Shown: piece by piece, positions 10,002 to 17,786 of the stretch
Position numbering within the stretch: the first letter of the stretch is position 1
Layout: every line of letters starts with the position of its first letter
Virus record (IMG/VR): IMGVR_UViG_3300025635_000095
Location: 1 to 33,744 of that record
Direction: 5' to 3' (one strand)
Length of the DNA: 33,744 nt
Origin: a virus
Taxonomy: Duplodnaviria > Caudoviricetes
Program-made: the position numbers and the translations under genes
The notes under the pieces: model-generated
The model's input: the letters and a program-made list of their open reading frames with translations, nothing else
Database searches by the model: none
What the model was told of the DNA's origin: nothing

Positions 10002-10172
10002 ATGTATAGCAATGCTCAATACGAAAATGACACACAAGGCAATCCGTCCTGCATCCGCGTAGACATCAACGGTGTGACCTCGTTCGTCCCGCTCGACCCC
10101 GCTAACACGGACTATCAGAACATCATGGCTCTCGTCGCAGAGGGCAAGCTTGTCATTCAACCAGCGGAATAG
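10002..10172 (+). CDS. small tail-fibre-associated protein (assembly chaperone-like)
   Basis: 56 aa with VPLDPANTDYQ motif, starting 1 nt after the fibre stop. Confidence 0.6.
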   Translation: MYSNAQYENDTQGNPSCIRVDINGVTSFVPLDPANTDYQNIMALVAEGKLVIQPAE

Positions 10173-10176
10173 CGCC

Positions 10177-10377
10177 ATGGCCTCTCCCCACCTAACCGAG
10201 CCAGAGAAAGTTATCGGGGATATTGTTAGTGTGGGAACTGTTGTGGGAACTCTATCAGGGCTTCTGCCCGCTATCGCTGCGGCTTTTACTATAATCTGGA
10301 CGGGTATCCGAATCTATGAAACTGATACCGTCCAAGGCTTGATCGGCAAAGAGAAGATCAACAATAAGGACGAATGA
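10177..10377 (+). CDS. small membrane protein, holin/antiholin-like
   Basis: Hydrophobic stretch IVSVGTVVGTLSGLLPAIAAAFTIIWTGI with a charged C-tail, at the head of the lysis cassette. Confidence 0.55.
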   Translation: MASPHLTEPEKVIGDIVSVGTVVGTLSGLLPAIAAAFTIIWTGIRIYETDTVQGLIGKEKINNKDE

Positions 10378-10378
10378 G

Positions 10379-10771
10379 ATGACCTTTGGGATTGGCGATG
10401 CTGTCGCGGCTGGACTCAAGGTATTAGATAAGTTCATCCCAGACCCCGAAGCTAGAGCTAAGGCAGAGGCTGAACTGCGCGTTAGCCTCATGGCTTGGGA
10501 TAAATCTCAGTCTGATGTGAACGCTGTTGAGGCTCAGCACGATAGCGTCTTCGTTGCTGGGTGGCGTCCGGCATTGGGCTGGACATGTGCCTGTGCCTTT
10601 GCCCTGATCTATGTGATTGGTCCTATGATTACTTGGATCAGCACGATGATGGGTAGCCCTATCCCTCTGCCGTCCTTTAACGTCGAAGCCTTGATGAGCT
10701 TGACCCTTGGCATGGTTGGCCTTGGTGGCCTTCGCACCTTTGAAAAAATTAAGGGCGTTGCTTCCAAATGA
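10379..10771 (+). CDS. holin of the 3TM (GTA-type) family
   Basis: DKFIPDP, FVAGWRPALGW and LGMVGLGGLRTFEK motifs. Overlaps the endolysin start (ATGA). Confidence 0.85.
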   Translation: MTFGIGDAVAAGLKVLDKFIPDPEARAKAEAELRVSLMAWDKSQSDVNAVEAQHDSVFVAGWRPALGWTCACAFALIYVIGPMITWISTMMGSPIPLPSFNVEALMSLTLGMVGLGGLRTFEKIKGVASK

Positions 10772-11289
10772 AACGCAACTTCGAGGTGGCTTTAGCGGAA
10801 ACGCTATTGCACGAGGGCGGCTGGGCTAAGCATCCAGATGACCCCGGTGGCTCGACCATGCGCGGTGTGACCAAGGCTACCTATGAGAACTACCTTGGCC
10901 GTCCTGCTTCTGACAGAGAGCTGAAGGACATCACAGACGATCAACTGCGGGACATCTACAAGATGCTCTATTGGGACAAGGTGCGCGGCGATGAACTGCC
11001 GTCTGGCCTTGATATGGTTGTCTTTGATTTCGGTGTGAACTCTGGCCCAGCTAGGGCGATCCGACATTTGCAGTCTGTCGTGGGAGCGTCACCTGACGGT
11101 GCTATCGGCCCTAAGACAATGGCAGCACTCAACTCTTATATCGACCGGCACGGGATGGAGAACTTGATTAAGTCCTATTCCTTCTCCCGGTTGAGTTACT
11201 TGCGCGATCTCAAGACATGGCGTGTGTTTGGCCGTGGCTGGGAGAAGCGTGTCATGACGGTAGAGCGTAAGGCTCTGACCCTTACCTGA
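10768..11289 (+). CDS. endolysin, glycoside hydrolase family 108 with C-terminal peptidoglycan-binding domain
   Basis: HEGG catalytic motif, HPDDPGGSTMRGVT, FDFGVNSG, DGAIGPKT, FGRGW. Confidence 0.92.
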   Translation: MKRNFEVALAETLLHEGGWAKHPDDPGGSTMRGVTKATYENYLGRPASDRELKDITDDQLRDIYKMLYWDKVRGDELPSGLDMVVFDFGVNSGPARAIRHLQSVVGASPDGAIGPKTMAALNSYIDRHGMENLIKSYSFSRLSYLRDLKTWRVFGRGWEKRVMTVERKALTLT

Positions 11290-11299
11290 CGGTGGTGCT

Positions 11300-12349
11300 A
11301 TGCCTAGGCGTAATTCTCTCAGCTACGCGGAGGCTAGGCGAACTAAAGAGCATGTCGAATCTCACCTAGCTATGGGCAAGACCCGCAACCAAGCGGTTGA
11401 GGCTGCATCCATAGAGATGGGTGTTCCCCGGCAGACGATATATTCCCGCGTCAAAGAAGGCGGGTCTATCGAGCTTAACTTCCCTGACCTCAAGGTGAAC
11501 TTTGCTCTGCGGCCTGAGCCTATCTTTGAGTACCAGCCGGTGCATAAGCCCCGCATTGCGGTGAAGGTTAGCAGTAATCCAGAAGGCGAGGCTTACCGTA
11601 TCTGTGTGATTGGCGACACCCATGACGCGCCGAATCTCCCAGACAAGTCCCGCTTCAAATGGATCGCCCGTCACATCGCCAAGTCACGGCCTGACAAGGT
11701 TGTGCATATTGGGGATATGGGTGACTTCGAATCCTGCTCGACCCATGCCCATCCCGGCAGCATTACCTACAACTATAAGCCTTCCTTCAAGCAGGACATG
11801 GAGAGCTTGGAAGAGGCCCTGACCCTGATCCATAAGGAGCTTGGTAGCCATTCCATCCCTCTGCTTATGACTGAGGGCAACCATGAGTACCGCATCGACC
11901 GCTGGGAAGAGGGCCACCCTGAGACGCAAGGGCTTCTGAAGGCATCCTTCCTAGAGACGATGGCCCGCTACAACTGGAAGACCTATGGCTTTGGCGAGTG
12001 GCTTCTGATTGGTGGCGTAGGCTTTAGCCATGTGCCTAAGAACATCATGGGCAAACCCTATGGCGGCAAGTTCACTGAGAACCAGATCGGCAATGACGCT
12101 ATCTTTTCTGTGGTCTATGGGCATACCCATAGGGCTGTCTTCCGGCGGGTGCCTAAGATCGGGCCGCAGAACTCAATCGAGATATTGAATGTCGGGTCTG
12201 CCATGCCGGATGGCTATGTCGCGCCCTATGCGAATACCTCTACGACCGGATGGACATACGGTATATACGACATCAAGATCAGGGGTGGGCATATAGAAGA
12301 CTATAGGTTCCACTCAATGCAGCATTTGGAGGAAGAGTATGGCGACTAA
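11300..12349 (+). CDS. calcineurin-like metallophosphoesterase with an N-terminal HTH-like extension
   Basis: Ordered motifs GDTH, GDMGD, GNHE, FSH and GHTH. N-terminal AASIEMGVPRQTIYSRV resembles an HTH. Confidence 0.85.
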   Translation: MPRRNSLSYAEARRTKEHVESHLAMGKTRNQAVEAASIEMGVPRQTIYSRVKEGGSIELNFPDLKVNFALRPEPIFEYQPVHKPRIAVKVSSNPEGEAYRICVIGDTHDAPNLPDKSRFKWIARHIAKSRPDKVVHIGDMGDFESCSTHAHPGSITYNYKPSFKQDMESLEEALTLIHKELGSHSIPLLMTEGNHEYRIDRWEEGHPETQGLLKASFLETMARYNWKTYGFGEWLLIGGVGFSHVPKNIMGKPYGGKFTENQIGNDAIFSVVYGHTHRAVFRRVPKIGPQNSIEILNVGSAMPDGYVAPYANTSTTGWTYGIYDIKIRGGHIEDYRFHSMQHLEEEYGD

Positions 12350-12596
12350 TCTTGGCGGTGTGGTGCGGGCAGAGCTTCTTCCCTTGCATGATGGCAATCT
12401 GGAAGCTGCCTTCCATGACCTCTGCGAGCGGTTCGCTGTGCTGTCCATTGAGCTTGATCGGTCTGACCGGCTGCGGTCCTATGCCTTTGCGCGTGAGGTT
12501 CCTAAAAGCACTGGCATCATTGACGATGTGCCTAGCCCTGTAACGGATGATTGGATTCAAACTGGCAAAGAGGGTGAAGATGTCGGACGAGGATGA
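12339..12596 (+). CDS. hypothetical protein
   Basis: 85-aa ORF with GGAGG upstream, overlapping the upstream stop. Confidence 0.6.
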   Translation: MATNLGGVVRAELLPLHDGNLEAAFHDLCERFAVLSIELDRSDRLRSYAFAREVPKSTGIIDDVPSPVTDDWIQTGKEGEDVGRG

Positions 12597-12822
12597 AGAC
12601 GAAGAGATGTTTGAGGTTCTTCCAGCCGAAGAGATTACGCTCGATCATCCTGTCTTTGAAGACTATGTGGCCGAGCGTATCTATTCATTTAGCTTGCTCA
12701 TGCGCGTGACCTCTGAGATCGAAGAGGAACACATCCGAGAGCTTGGGATCAACATGATGCAAGCCGTCATCCGGTCTGTTGCTGGGACAAACACAAGCGT
12801 GGTTACTGTCGCCAAGAAGTAA
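12580..12822 (+). CDS. hypothetical acidic protein
   Basis: ATG 12580 preceded by GAGGG. Last gene of the rightward late operon. Confidence 0.6.
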   Translation: MSDEDEDEEMFEVLPAEEITLDHPVFEDYVAERIYSFSLLMRVTSEIEEEHIRELGINMMQAVIRSVAGTNTSVVTVAKK

Positions 12823-13125
12823 TCACATCGTCTTGATTGTGATGTGAGCCTTGACCAAATCAGAGATCAGGACGCTGGCCTCTGCATCGCTGCTATAGTT
12901 ACTGTTGTACCGCCATATCCATTTGCCAGCCTCAGCGAATGGGGCGATGGCTTTCTTGAGCTTGATGTTCTGGCCTTCGGCTACGGTTCGTCGCTCGATC
13001 TCTTTCTTTAGTTCATACCTGTATCGCTCGATCTCTGCATCATGCTGGGCGATCAGTTCAGCGGCCTTGTCATCTGCCTCATTGTATGCAGCTTCGTACC
13101 CATTGAACCATACCTCACTTCCCAT
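12823..13125 (-). CDS. hypothetical coiled-coil protein
   Basis: Last gene of the leftward operon. EIER motifs relate it to the upstream cassette genes. Confidence 0.65.
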   Translation of the reverse strand: MGSEVWFNGYEAAYNEADDKAAELIAQHDAEIERYRYELKKEIERRTVAEGQNIKLKKAIAPFAEAGKWIWRYNSNYSSDAEASVLISDLVKAHITIKTM

Positions 13126-13309
13126 CGTCTTTCTCCCATGACATCTTGGCTAGTGTGATCTTGGGCTTGACTCGTGTGCCATTGGCAAAGCCATTGCTCA
13201 TGCTCTTGAGCATCCATCTCTTGTGATACTCTGGGTCTTCACGGCGATTGCGTGACTCACGTTCCTGCCGTTGGACTGACTCAAAGAAAGCGTGCTTGCT
13301 GCGGTCCAT
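13115..13309 (-). CDS. hypothetical basic protein
   Basis: ATG 13309 is coupled to the upstream stop (TGATG) and preceded by GGGGAGGGG. Ends KPKITLAKMSWEKDDGK. Confidence 0.65.
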   Translation of the reverse strand: MDRSKHAFFESVQRQERESRNRREDPEYHKRWMLKSMSNGFANGTRVKPKITLAKMSWEKDDGK

Positions 13310-13524
13310 CACTTCCCCTCCCCAAGCGCGGCGCGGGCCGTTGCGCCCCAATAGCCAACACAGAACTGCTCATCGCTGTCGGGTCTGTCGCCTTCCGCAA
13401 TTTCACGCAGCGCCTCACGCAGCCGCTCTATTTCCGTTTCAAGGCCGACTATCATTTCGTTTGCCTCGCCGGAAATAATCCAACGCTCTTTTGCAGAGCG
13501 CCATTGTTCAAGAATGTCAGTCAT
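13309..13524 (-). CDS. hypothetical protein, cassette paralogue 3 (MTDI...EIERLREAL...ARAALGEGK)
   Basis: Shares DNA and protein blocks with the two adjacent genes. Translationally coupled on both sides. Confidence 0.75.
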   Translation of the reverse strand: MTDILEQWRSAKERWIISGEANEMIVGLETEIERLREALREIAEGDRPDSDEQFCVGYWGATARAALGEGK

Positions 13525-13811
13525 TCTTTCCCCTCCCCAAGCGCGGCGCTGGCGATCTGAATTGCTGTTGCCAAAGTGAATTGATTTATCTGGGGGTCAG
13601 GGAAAACCTTCATGCGGCTTACGTTGCCAAGCGCCTCACGCAGCCGCTCTATTTCTTCGCGCATTACATCTTGCATATCAGCGATACCATCAGCGTTTCC
13701 TTCTTCCCACCCGGACCACCACGCCTTGCCTTCATTTGTCGTGAGTGGAGTGCCGTCATCCCACGTTAGGCAGTCGCCATTGTTCGGGCTGTTTCTTTCT
13801 ACGGGCTTCAT
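13521..13811 (-). CDS. hypothetical protein, cassette paralogue 2 (...EIERLREAL...AALGEGKE)
   Basis: ATG 13811 within a TGATG overlap. Carries the shared blocks. Confidence 0.75.
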   Translation of the reverse strand: MKPVERNSPNNGDCLTWDDGTPLTTNEGKAWWSGWEEGNADGIADMQDVMREEIERLREALGNVSRMKVFPDPQINQFTLATAIQIASAALGEGKE

Positions 13812-14110
13812 CACTTCCCCTCCCCAAGCGCGGCGCGGGCATATTCAGCCACACAATCTTCACACCCGTCATACATCCATGCGCCATGCTTGCACTTGTC
13901 ATGCTTTGAATGAACGCCGTCAGAGCGATATACGATTGCGTGTTCTCTTGGCGTATCTCCGTCCGCAATAGTCCGCAGCGCCTCACGCAGTCGCTCTATT
14001 TCGTCGGCTGCTTCCATACGTTCGGAATCCATCTGAGCAACCAAAGCCCCGACACTCTGAAACTGGCTTGCACTCAAAGTCGTTCTAAGCCGTTCAACGA
14101 TGTCAGTCAT
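13811..14110 (-). CDS. hypothetical protein, cassette paralogue 1 (MTDIVERLR...EIERLREAL...ARAALGEGK) with a Cys/His-rich insert
   Basis: Shared blocks. CKH...CEDC could bind metal. Confidence 0.75.
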   Translation of the reverse strand: MTDIVERLRTTLSASQFQSVGALVAQMDSERMEAADEIERLREALRTIADGDTPREHAIVYRSDGVHSKHDKCKHGAWMYDGCEDCVAEYARAALGEGK

Positions 14111-14300
14111 TGCCGCACTCATCAATCGTATCACGGCGGGCTTGTCGCGCTGCTCTCAAGACCATCTTTCTGAGCGTTGCTTTCAGATAGACAATCTCTT
14201 CCTTTAGCTTCTCGTTCTCAGCACGGAGATCATAGTTATGGTCTGCGATAATCATCGCGGCCTGTTGCAGATCGTATGATAGATCACTCATCTTGCTCAT
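14103..14300 (-). CDS. hypothetical coiled-coil protein
   Basis: MSKMSDL...LRAENEKLKEEI. GAGG lies upstream of ATG 14300; alternative start at 14312. Confidence 0.6.
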   Translation of the reverse strand: MSKMSDLSYDLQQAAMIIADHNYDLRAENEKLKEEIVYLKATLRKMVLRAARQARRDTIDECGND

Positions 14301-14308
14301 CTTGAACC

Positions 14309-14755
14309 TCATGCGGCTGTCAGATTCTTCATGCGCTCTAGGTCGCGGTGGATTACAAAAGCGAAGGCTTTCAAGTTCTTGTTCTGATCGGTAGTCGTGC
14401 GCTCTTCCCATTGCTTAATGGTTTCAAGGAGAGTCTTGTCATCTGCCAGATCAAGGCGCGATCTTACTTCCAAGACATGATGAAGATATGCGCCCTCATT
14501 TTTCTCAATCATGCGCTGCACTTTTTGCACGCCGTTAATCACGGTTGAATGGTCGCGGTTAAAGCTTCGCCCGATAACTGGGTATGACTTCAGCAAAGAA
14601 AACCGAGCCACATACCATGCGACCTGCCTAGCATAGCAAACTTTGTGGGGTCTCCGCTCGCTGTAAAGATCAACGAGCGGAACACCAATCACCTCACTAG
14701 TCACCTTTGCTACCGCACTGATCTTCGGTAGCTTTGTTATGTTTATGGTAGTCAC
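14309..14755 (-). CDS. DnaA C-terminal (domain IV)-like HTH DNA-binding protein
   Basis: ARQVAWYVAR...SYPVIGRSFNRDHSTVING matches the DnaA domain IV signature (RQ.AMYL...S...IG..F.RDH.TV). Confidence 0.85.
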   Translation of the reverse strand: MTTINITKLPKISAVAKVTSEVIGVPLVDLYSERRPHKVCYARQVAWYVARFSLLKSYPVIGRSFNRDHSTVINGVQKVQRMIEKNEGAYLHHVLEVRSRLDLADDKTLLETIKQWEERTTTDQNKNLKAFAFVIHRDLERMKNLTAA

Positions 14756-14765
14756 AACTCACCTC

Positions 14766-15140
14766 TCAGAATGGCATTGAATCGTCGATGGCTTCTGGCC
14801 GGGATTCTTCTTTGGCTTCTGGCCGTGTGAGAATGTCGATCTCACCATTGAAGGCAGAGACGTTCACCTCAAAGACAGTCTTCTCTTGGCCGTCCTTCGT
14901 ATAGGATCGCTTCTCTAGGGTGCCGTCCACATAGACCTTGCTTCCTGCGGCGGCAAAGGCTTCGAGTCTTTCGGCCGTCTTCTCATTCCAACAGGTCACA
15001 TCAACCCACATGGTTGACTTCTCTTTGTTGGAATACTTTTGGATAGCGACAGAAAACCTTGCGAATTTTTTGCCGTTAGCCGTGGACTTGATTTCTGGGG
15101 CGCGACCAATGTTGCCGACGAGAATAACTTTAGCGACCAT
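14766..15140 (-). CDS. ssb: single-stranded DNA-binding protein
   Basis: KVILVGNIGRAPE, GSKVYVDGTL, and acidic C-terminal DDSMPF tail. Confidence 0.95.
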   Translation of the reverse strand: MVAKVILVGNIGRAPEIKSTANGKKFARFSVAIQKYSNKEKSTMWVDVTCWNEKTAERLEAFAAAGSKVYVDGTLEKRSYTKDGQEKTVFEVNVSAFNGEIDILTRPEAKEESRPEAIDDSMPF

Positions 15141-15151
15141 GATAGTTCTCC

Positions 15152-15721
15152 TTACTTGGTGATTTCTTTACGACGAGCGGCGAATGCCTGCCGAAGCTTT
15201 GCTAGTTCTGCGGCGCTTAATTGAGCAGAGTGCTTTTGGATTTCTTCTGCTGCATCATCAAGGCCAGCACCATTATTGGCTAGACTGATAGCAGTCTCCA
15301 ATGCAGTAACGATGGGGTTATTAAACACCACATTCTGATCTTCGTCTGGGTCATCGCCAGACTCAAGGCCAAGTGCTTTGAGAAGCGCATACTTGACTGC
15401 ATAGGACATCGCCTTGCCGGGGCCTTTGTCCTGATCGTCAATGCCATAGCCAAAGGACGGCACATCAATGCAGTCAGATGGATTGTCCACATTGGCGAAG
15501 CGGATGACCATCGTGCAGTCAGTCCGGTTGCCGGTCTGTCCATTGGTTAGCTGCACTGGATAGTAGATCACGCCAACTTCTAGCAGGGCAGGGCGAACCT
15601 TTGCGGTGACGGCATCATGGCTCACGATGCTGTAGCGCATACCCTGTTTCTTTTCCTTCTGGATATAGCTGACCTTCTGCATAGCGGCAGATAGGCGCTG
15701 ATGTAGGTTAAGCTCACTCAT
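15152..15721 (-). CDS. erf: ERF-family single-strand annealing protein
   Basis: DKGPGKAMSYAVKYALLKALGLESGDDPD matches the ERF motif. Lies between the exonuclease and ssb. Confidence 0.88.
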   Translation of the reverse strand: MSELNLHQRLSAAMQKVSYIQKEKKQGMRYSIVSHDAVTAKVRPALLEVGVIYYPVQLTNGQTGNRTDCTMVIRFANVDNPSDCIDVPSFGYGIDDQDKGPGKAMSYAVKYALLKALGLESGDDPDEDQNVVFNNPIVTALETAISLANNGAGLDDAAEEIQKHSAQLSAAELAKLRQAFAARRKEITK

Positions 15722-15974
15722 TGTATTCCCCATATTGGTTGTCATATTCTTCAGCGGGTCCGTTCTGGACATCATCAACGATGTCATCATTGTCATTGGC
15801 GATGCGCTCGCGCTCATCCTCTTGCTCGCCAAGCTCTATGTCATGCTGCTCAATAGCCGTTAAGGCATCATTGGCACGGCGCAGAAGCACGATGTCTGGG
15901 CATCGAAGCATTATAAGCTGGGCTAGTTCTTCCAGCATATTGATTGCGTCATTGGTTTGCAGGAGCTTCGACAC
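15714..15974 (-). CDS. hypothetical acidic protein
   Basis: GTG start with AAGGAG RBS. Very Asp/Glu-rich C-half. Confidence 0.6.
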   Translation of the reverse strand: MSKLLQTNDAINMLEELAQLIMLRCPDIVLLRRANDALTAIEQHDIELGEQEDERERIANDNDDIVDDVQNGPAEEYDNQYGEYNE

Positions 15975-15977
15975 GGC

Positions 15978-16838
15978 TCACTCCTTAGCTGCGCGGATCG
16001 AGACACGACCACGGCTGTCACGCTTGGCGACAACACCATGACCATAGGCTTCACCCACATCATCGCCAACGGCTGACCGGAGATCGTCTTTGGCTTGGTC
16101 AAAGGCTTTGGCTGCGGCCTGATTGGTAATGAAGCGAGCGGCTGCATCCGTCCAGAGATTGTCCTTAGTCATGTCGGCAACCCGATAGCCATCAACCTTG
16201 ACGGCCTCTGCCATCTTGTTGACGCGGGCCAGTTCACCAAAAGGGGTTTGCTCTGGGGCTTCCTTCTCTTTGACATGCCACCAGAATGATTGCTCCATCT
16301 GGATCAGGTTCTCGATGTAGTCATCATCGCGCTCGACTTCGCAGTAGCGAGGCTCATCATTGCCGGGGATGATTGAGAAGTAGCAGGACTTGGTATTGGT
16401 CACGGCCATGTAGTGCTGTAGCTGCGGCATATAGAAGCGGGACTTCTCCCATACCGATGCGCCAGAGCGAGTGTGCTTTAGCTCTACGAATGTCTTGTAC
16501 TTTGGTAGCCAGCGGTCGAGGTGGGCATACATCCATTCATGGTCAGGATGCAGGAGCGTATCGCTGAGAACTGTGACCTCTGTGCCTAGCATCTTGGCGA
16601 ACCAATCAGCATGGAATGGTTCTGTATAGACGCCAAGCTGGACCTTGAAGACACCGCTCAGGTCTTCTGACTGGCGGTTGCCAACCTTCTCATCATAGAG
16701 ACGGACCCAATCGCCAGCCATGATTCGCATGGCATCACTGCCACCGATACCCACGCTGCGATCAAAGGGTTGCTCTGTCTGCAGGGCTGCGACCTGTCCA
16801 GCCAGCATCGCGCCGAGCATATTACCGAGACTATTCAT
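15978..16838 (-). CDS. YqaJ-like (lambda-exonuclease family) recombination nuclease
   Basis: GIGGSDA, AHLDR, VELKHT and YMPQLQHYMAVT motifs. Confidence 0.9.
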   Translation of the reverse strand: MNSLGNMLGAMLAGQVAALQTEQPFDRSVGIGGSDAMRIMAGDWVRLYDEKVGNRQSEDLSGVFKVQLGVYTEPFHADWFAKMLGTEVTVLSDTLLHPDHEWMYAHLDRWLPKYKTFVELKHTRSGASVWEKSRFYMPQLQHYMAVTNTKSCYFSIIPGNDEPRYCEVERDDDYIENLIQMEQSFWWHVKEKEAPEQTPFGELARVNKMAEAVKVDGYRVADMTKDNLWTDAAARFITNQAAAKAFDQAKDDLRSAVGDDVGEAYGHGVVAKRDSRGRVSIRAAKE

Positions 16839-16869
16839 GGCTTACCTCTCTGTTAGCCGTTGCATTATC

Positions 16870-16899
16870 AACATATTTGTTGCCCTCAATGGTTGTCAA
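16870..16899 (-). promoter_or_regulatory. putative leftward promoter of the recombination operon
   Basis: Minus strand TTGACA-N18-TATGTT in an AT-rich divergent gap. Overlaps palindromes CAACATATTTGTTG and GGTTGTCAACC. Confidence 0.6.
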
Positions 16900-16942
16900 C
16901 CAAAAAGTTTGTAGCTAATACAAAAAAAATGCGAGGTGAGAA

Positions 16943-17152
16943 ATGAACGCAAGCGACCTGTTAATATCTTTAGGCGGCATTCGCCATTGTGCTGAAGAAT
17001 GGAACGTCTCGTTCTTTAGTCTGAGGCAAGCGGCCTATCGGAATAAGCTGCCGGTAAAGCTGTGGCCGAGGATTCTTGATAGCTGCAAGAAGAAGGGCGT
17101 GCCGTGGTCGGCAGAAGATTTGATGTGGCTCTGGATTCGCGGGAAGCAATGA
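16943..17152 (+). CDS. Cro-like small HTH regulator
   Basis: 69 aa, LIS-LGGIRHCAEEWNVS...RNKLPVKLW pattern. First gene right of the divergent control region, with GAGG RBS. Confidence 0.65.
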   Translation: MNASDLLISLGGIRHCAEEWNVSFFSLRQAAYRNKLPVKLWPRILDSCKKKGVPWSAEDLMWLWIRGKQ

Positions 17153-17196
17153 GCTATGCTTCGGTCTGTAGGGTTCCTCTCTCTCCCTCAGCACCT

Positions 17197-17231
17197 AGGC
17201 CCATCACGTCCCCCGTGGTGGGTCTTTTTTT
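17197..17231 (+). terminator. intrinsic terminator after the Cro-like gene
   Basis: AGGCCCATCACG-TCCCC-CGTGGTGGGTCT stem followed by a T run. Confidence 0.75.
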
Positions 17232-17234
17232 GAG

Positions 17235-17660
17235 GTGCCAATGATAACCTTTACCATCCCCGGCGAGATCAAGGGCAAGCAGCGGCCTCGTGTGACACGA
17301 ACCGGCCATGTCTATACGCCTAGCCAGACCCGACAGGCTGAGGCTGACATTGCCAAGATTGCCAAGGCTGCGATGGGTTACAAGCCGCCGATGGCTGAGC
17401 CTGTGTCGCTGAATATCATGGTGATAACAGAGCCGCCGCGATCCATTACCAAGGCCAAGCGTGAGCTAATGCTGGCGGGTGTTGAAAGACCAGCCAAGAA
17501 GCCGGACCTTGATAACGTGGTCAAGCTGATAAGCGATGCGCTGAATGGGATTGTCTTTGAAGATGACCGTCAGGTGGTCGAGCTATGGGTGGTCAAGCGG
17601 TATGGTGAGGAAGCAAAGGCTGTAGTTTCTGTGGATTATGTTGCGAAACAATCCGCATAG
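17235..17660 (+). CDS. rusA: RusA-family Holliday junction resolvase
   Basis: GKQRPR, KKPDLDNVVKLISDALNGIVFEDDRQVV. Start could be ATG 17241. Confidence 0.92.
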   Translation: MPMITFTIPGEIKGKQRPRVTRTGHVYTPSQTRQAEADIAKIAKAAMGYKPPMAEPVSLNIMVITEPPRSITKAKRELMLAGVERPAKKPDLDNVVKLISDALNGIVFEDDRQVVELWVVKRYGEEAKAVVSVDYVAKQSA

Positions 17661-17786
17661 TATTAGAAAAAGAATGGGCCAGCGAAGCTACCAACTTCCA
17701 CTGGCCCGATACCACCGATCAGAGCGGTGGCAAGATGCGGATTCTTTATATCCGTTGACTGCCCTCGCTGCAACAGAGGGCTAACG

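Larger units (their letters stand above)
13307..14111. repeat. three families of dispersed direct repeats across the cassette genes
   Basis: 32 bp identical at 13307-13338 and 13809-13840, with a 22-bp core at 13528-13549. 26 bp at 13409-13434, 13630-13655 and 13977-14002 (1 mismatch in the last). 18/20 bp at 13506-13525 and 14092-14111. Confidence 0.9.

Noticed and set aside
13307-14002. Repeats of CRISPR-like length
   Set aside because: Spacing is irregular and long, two repeat types alternate, all lie in coding frames, and no cas genes are present.
17684-17698. tRNA-like D-arm (AGTTGGTAG on the minus strand)
   Set aside because: No acceptor, anticodon or T arm around it, so it is not a tRNA. 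Kept only as part of a hairpin.
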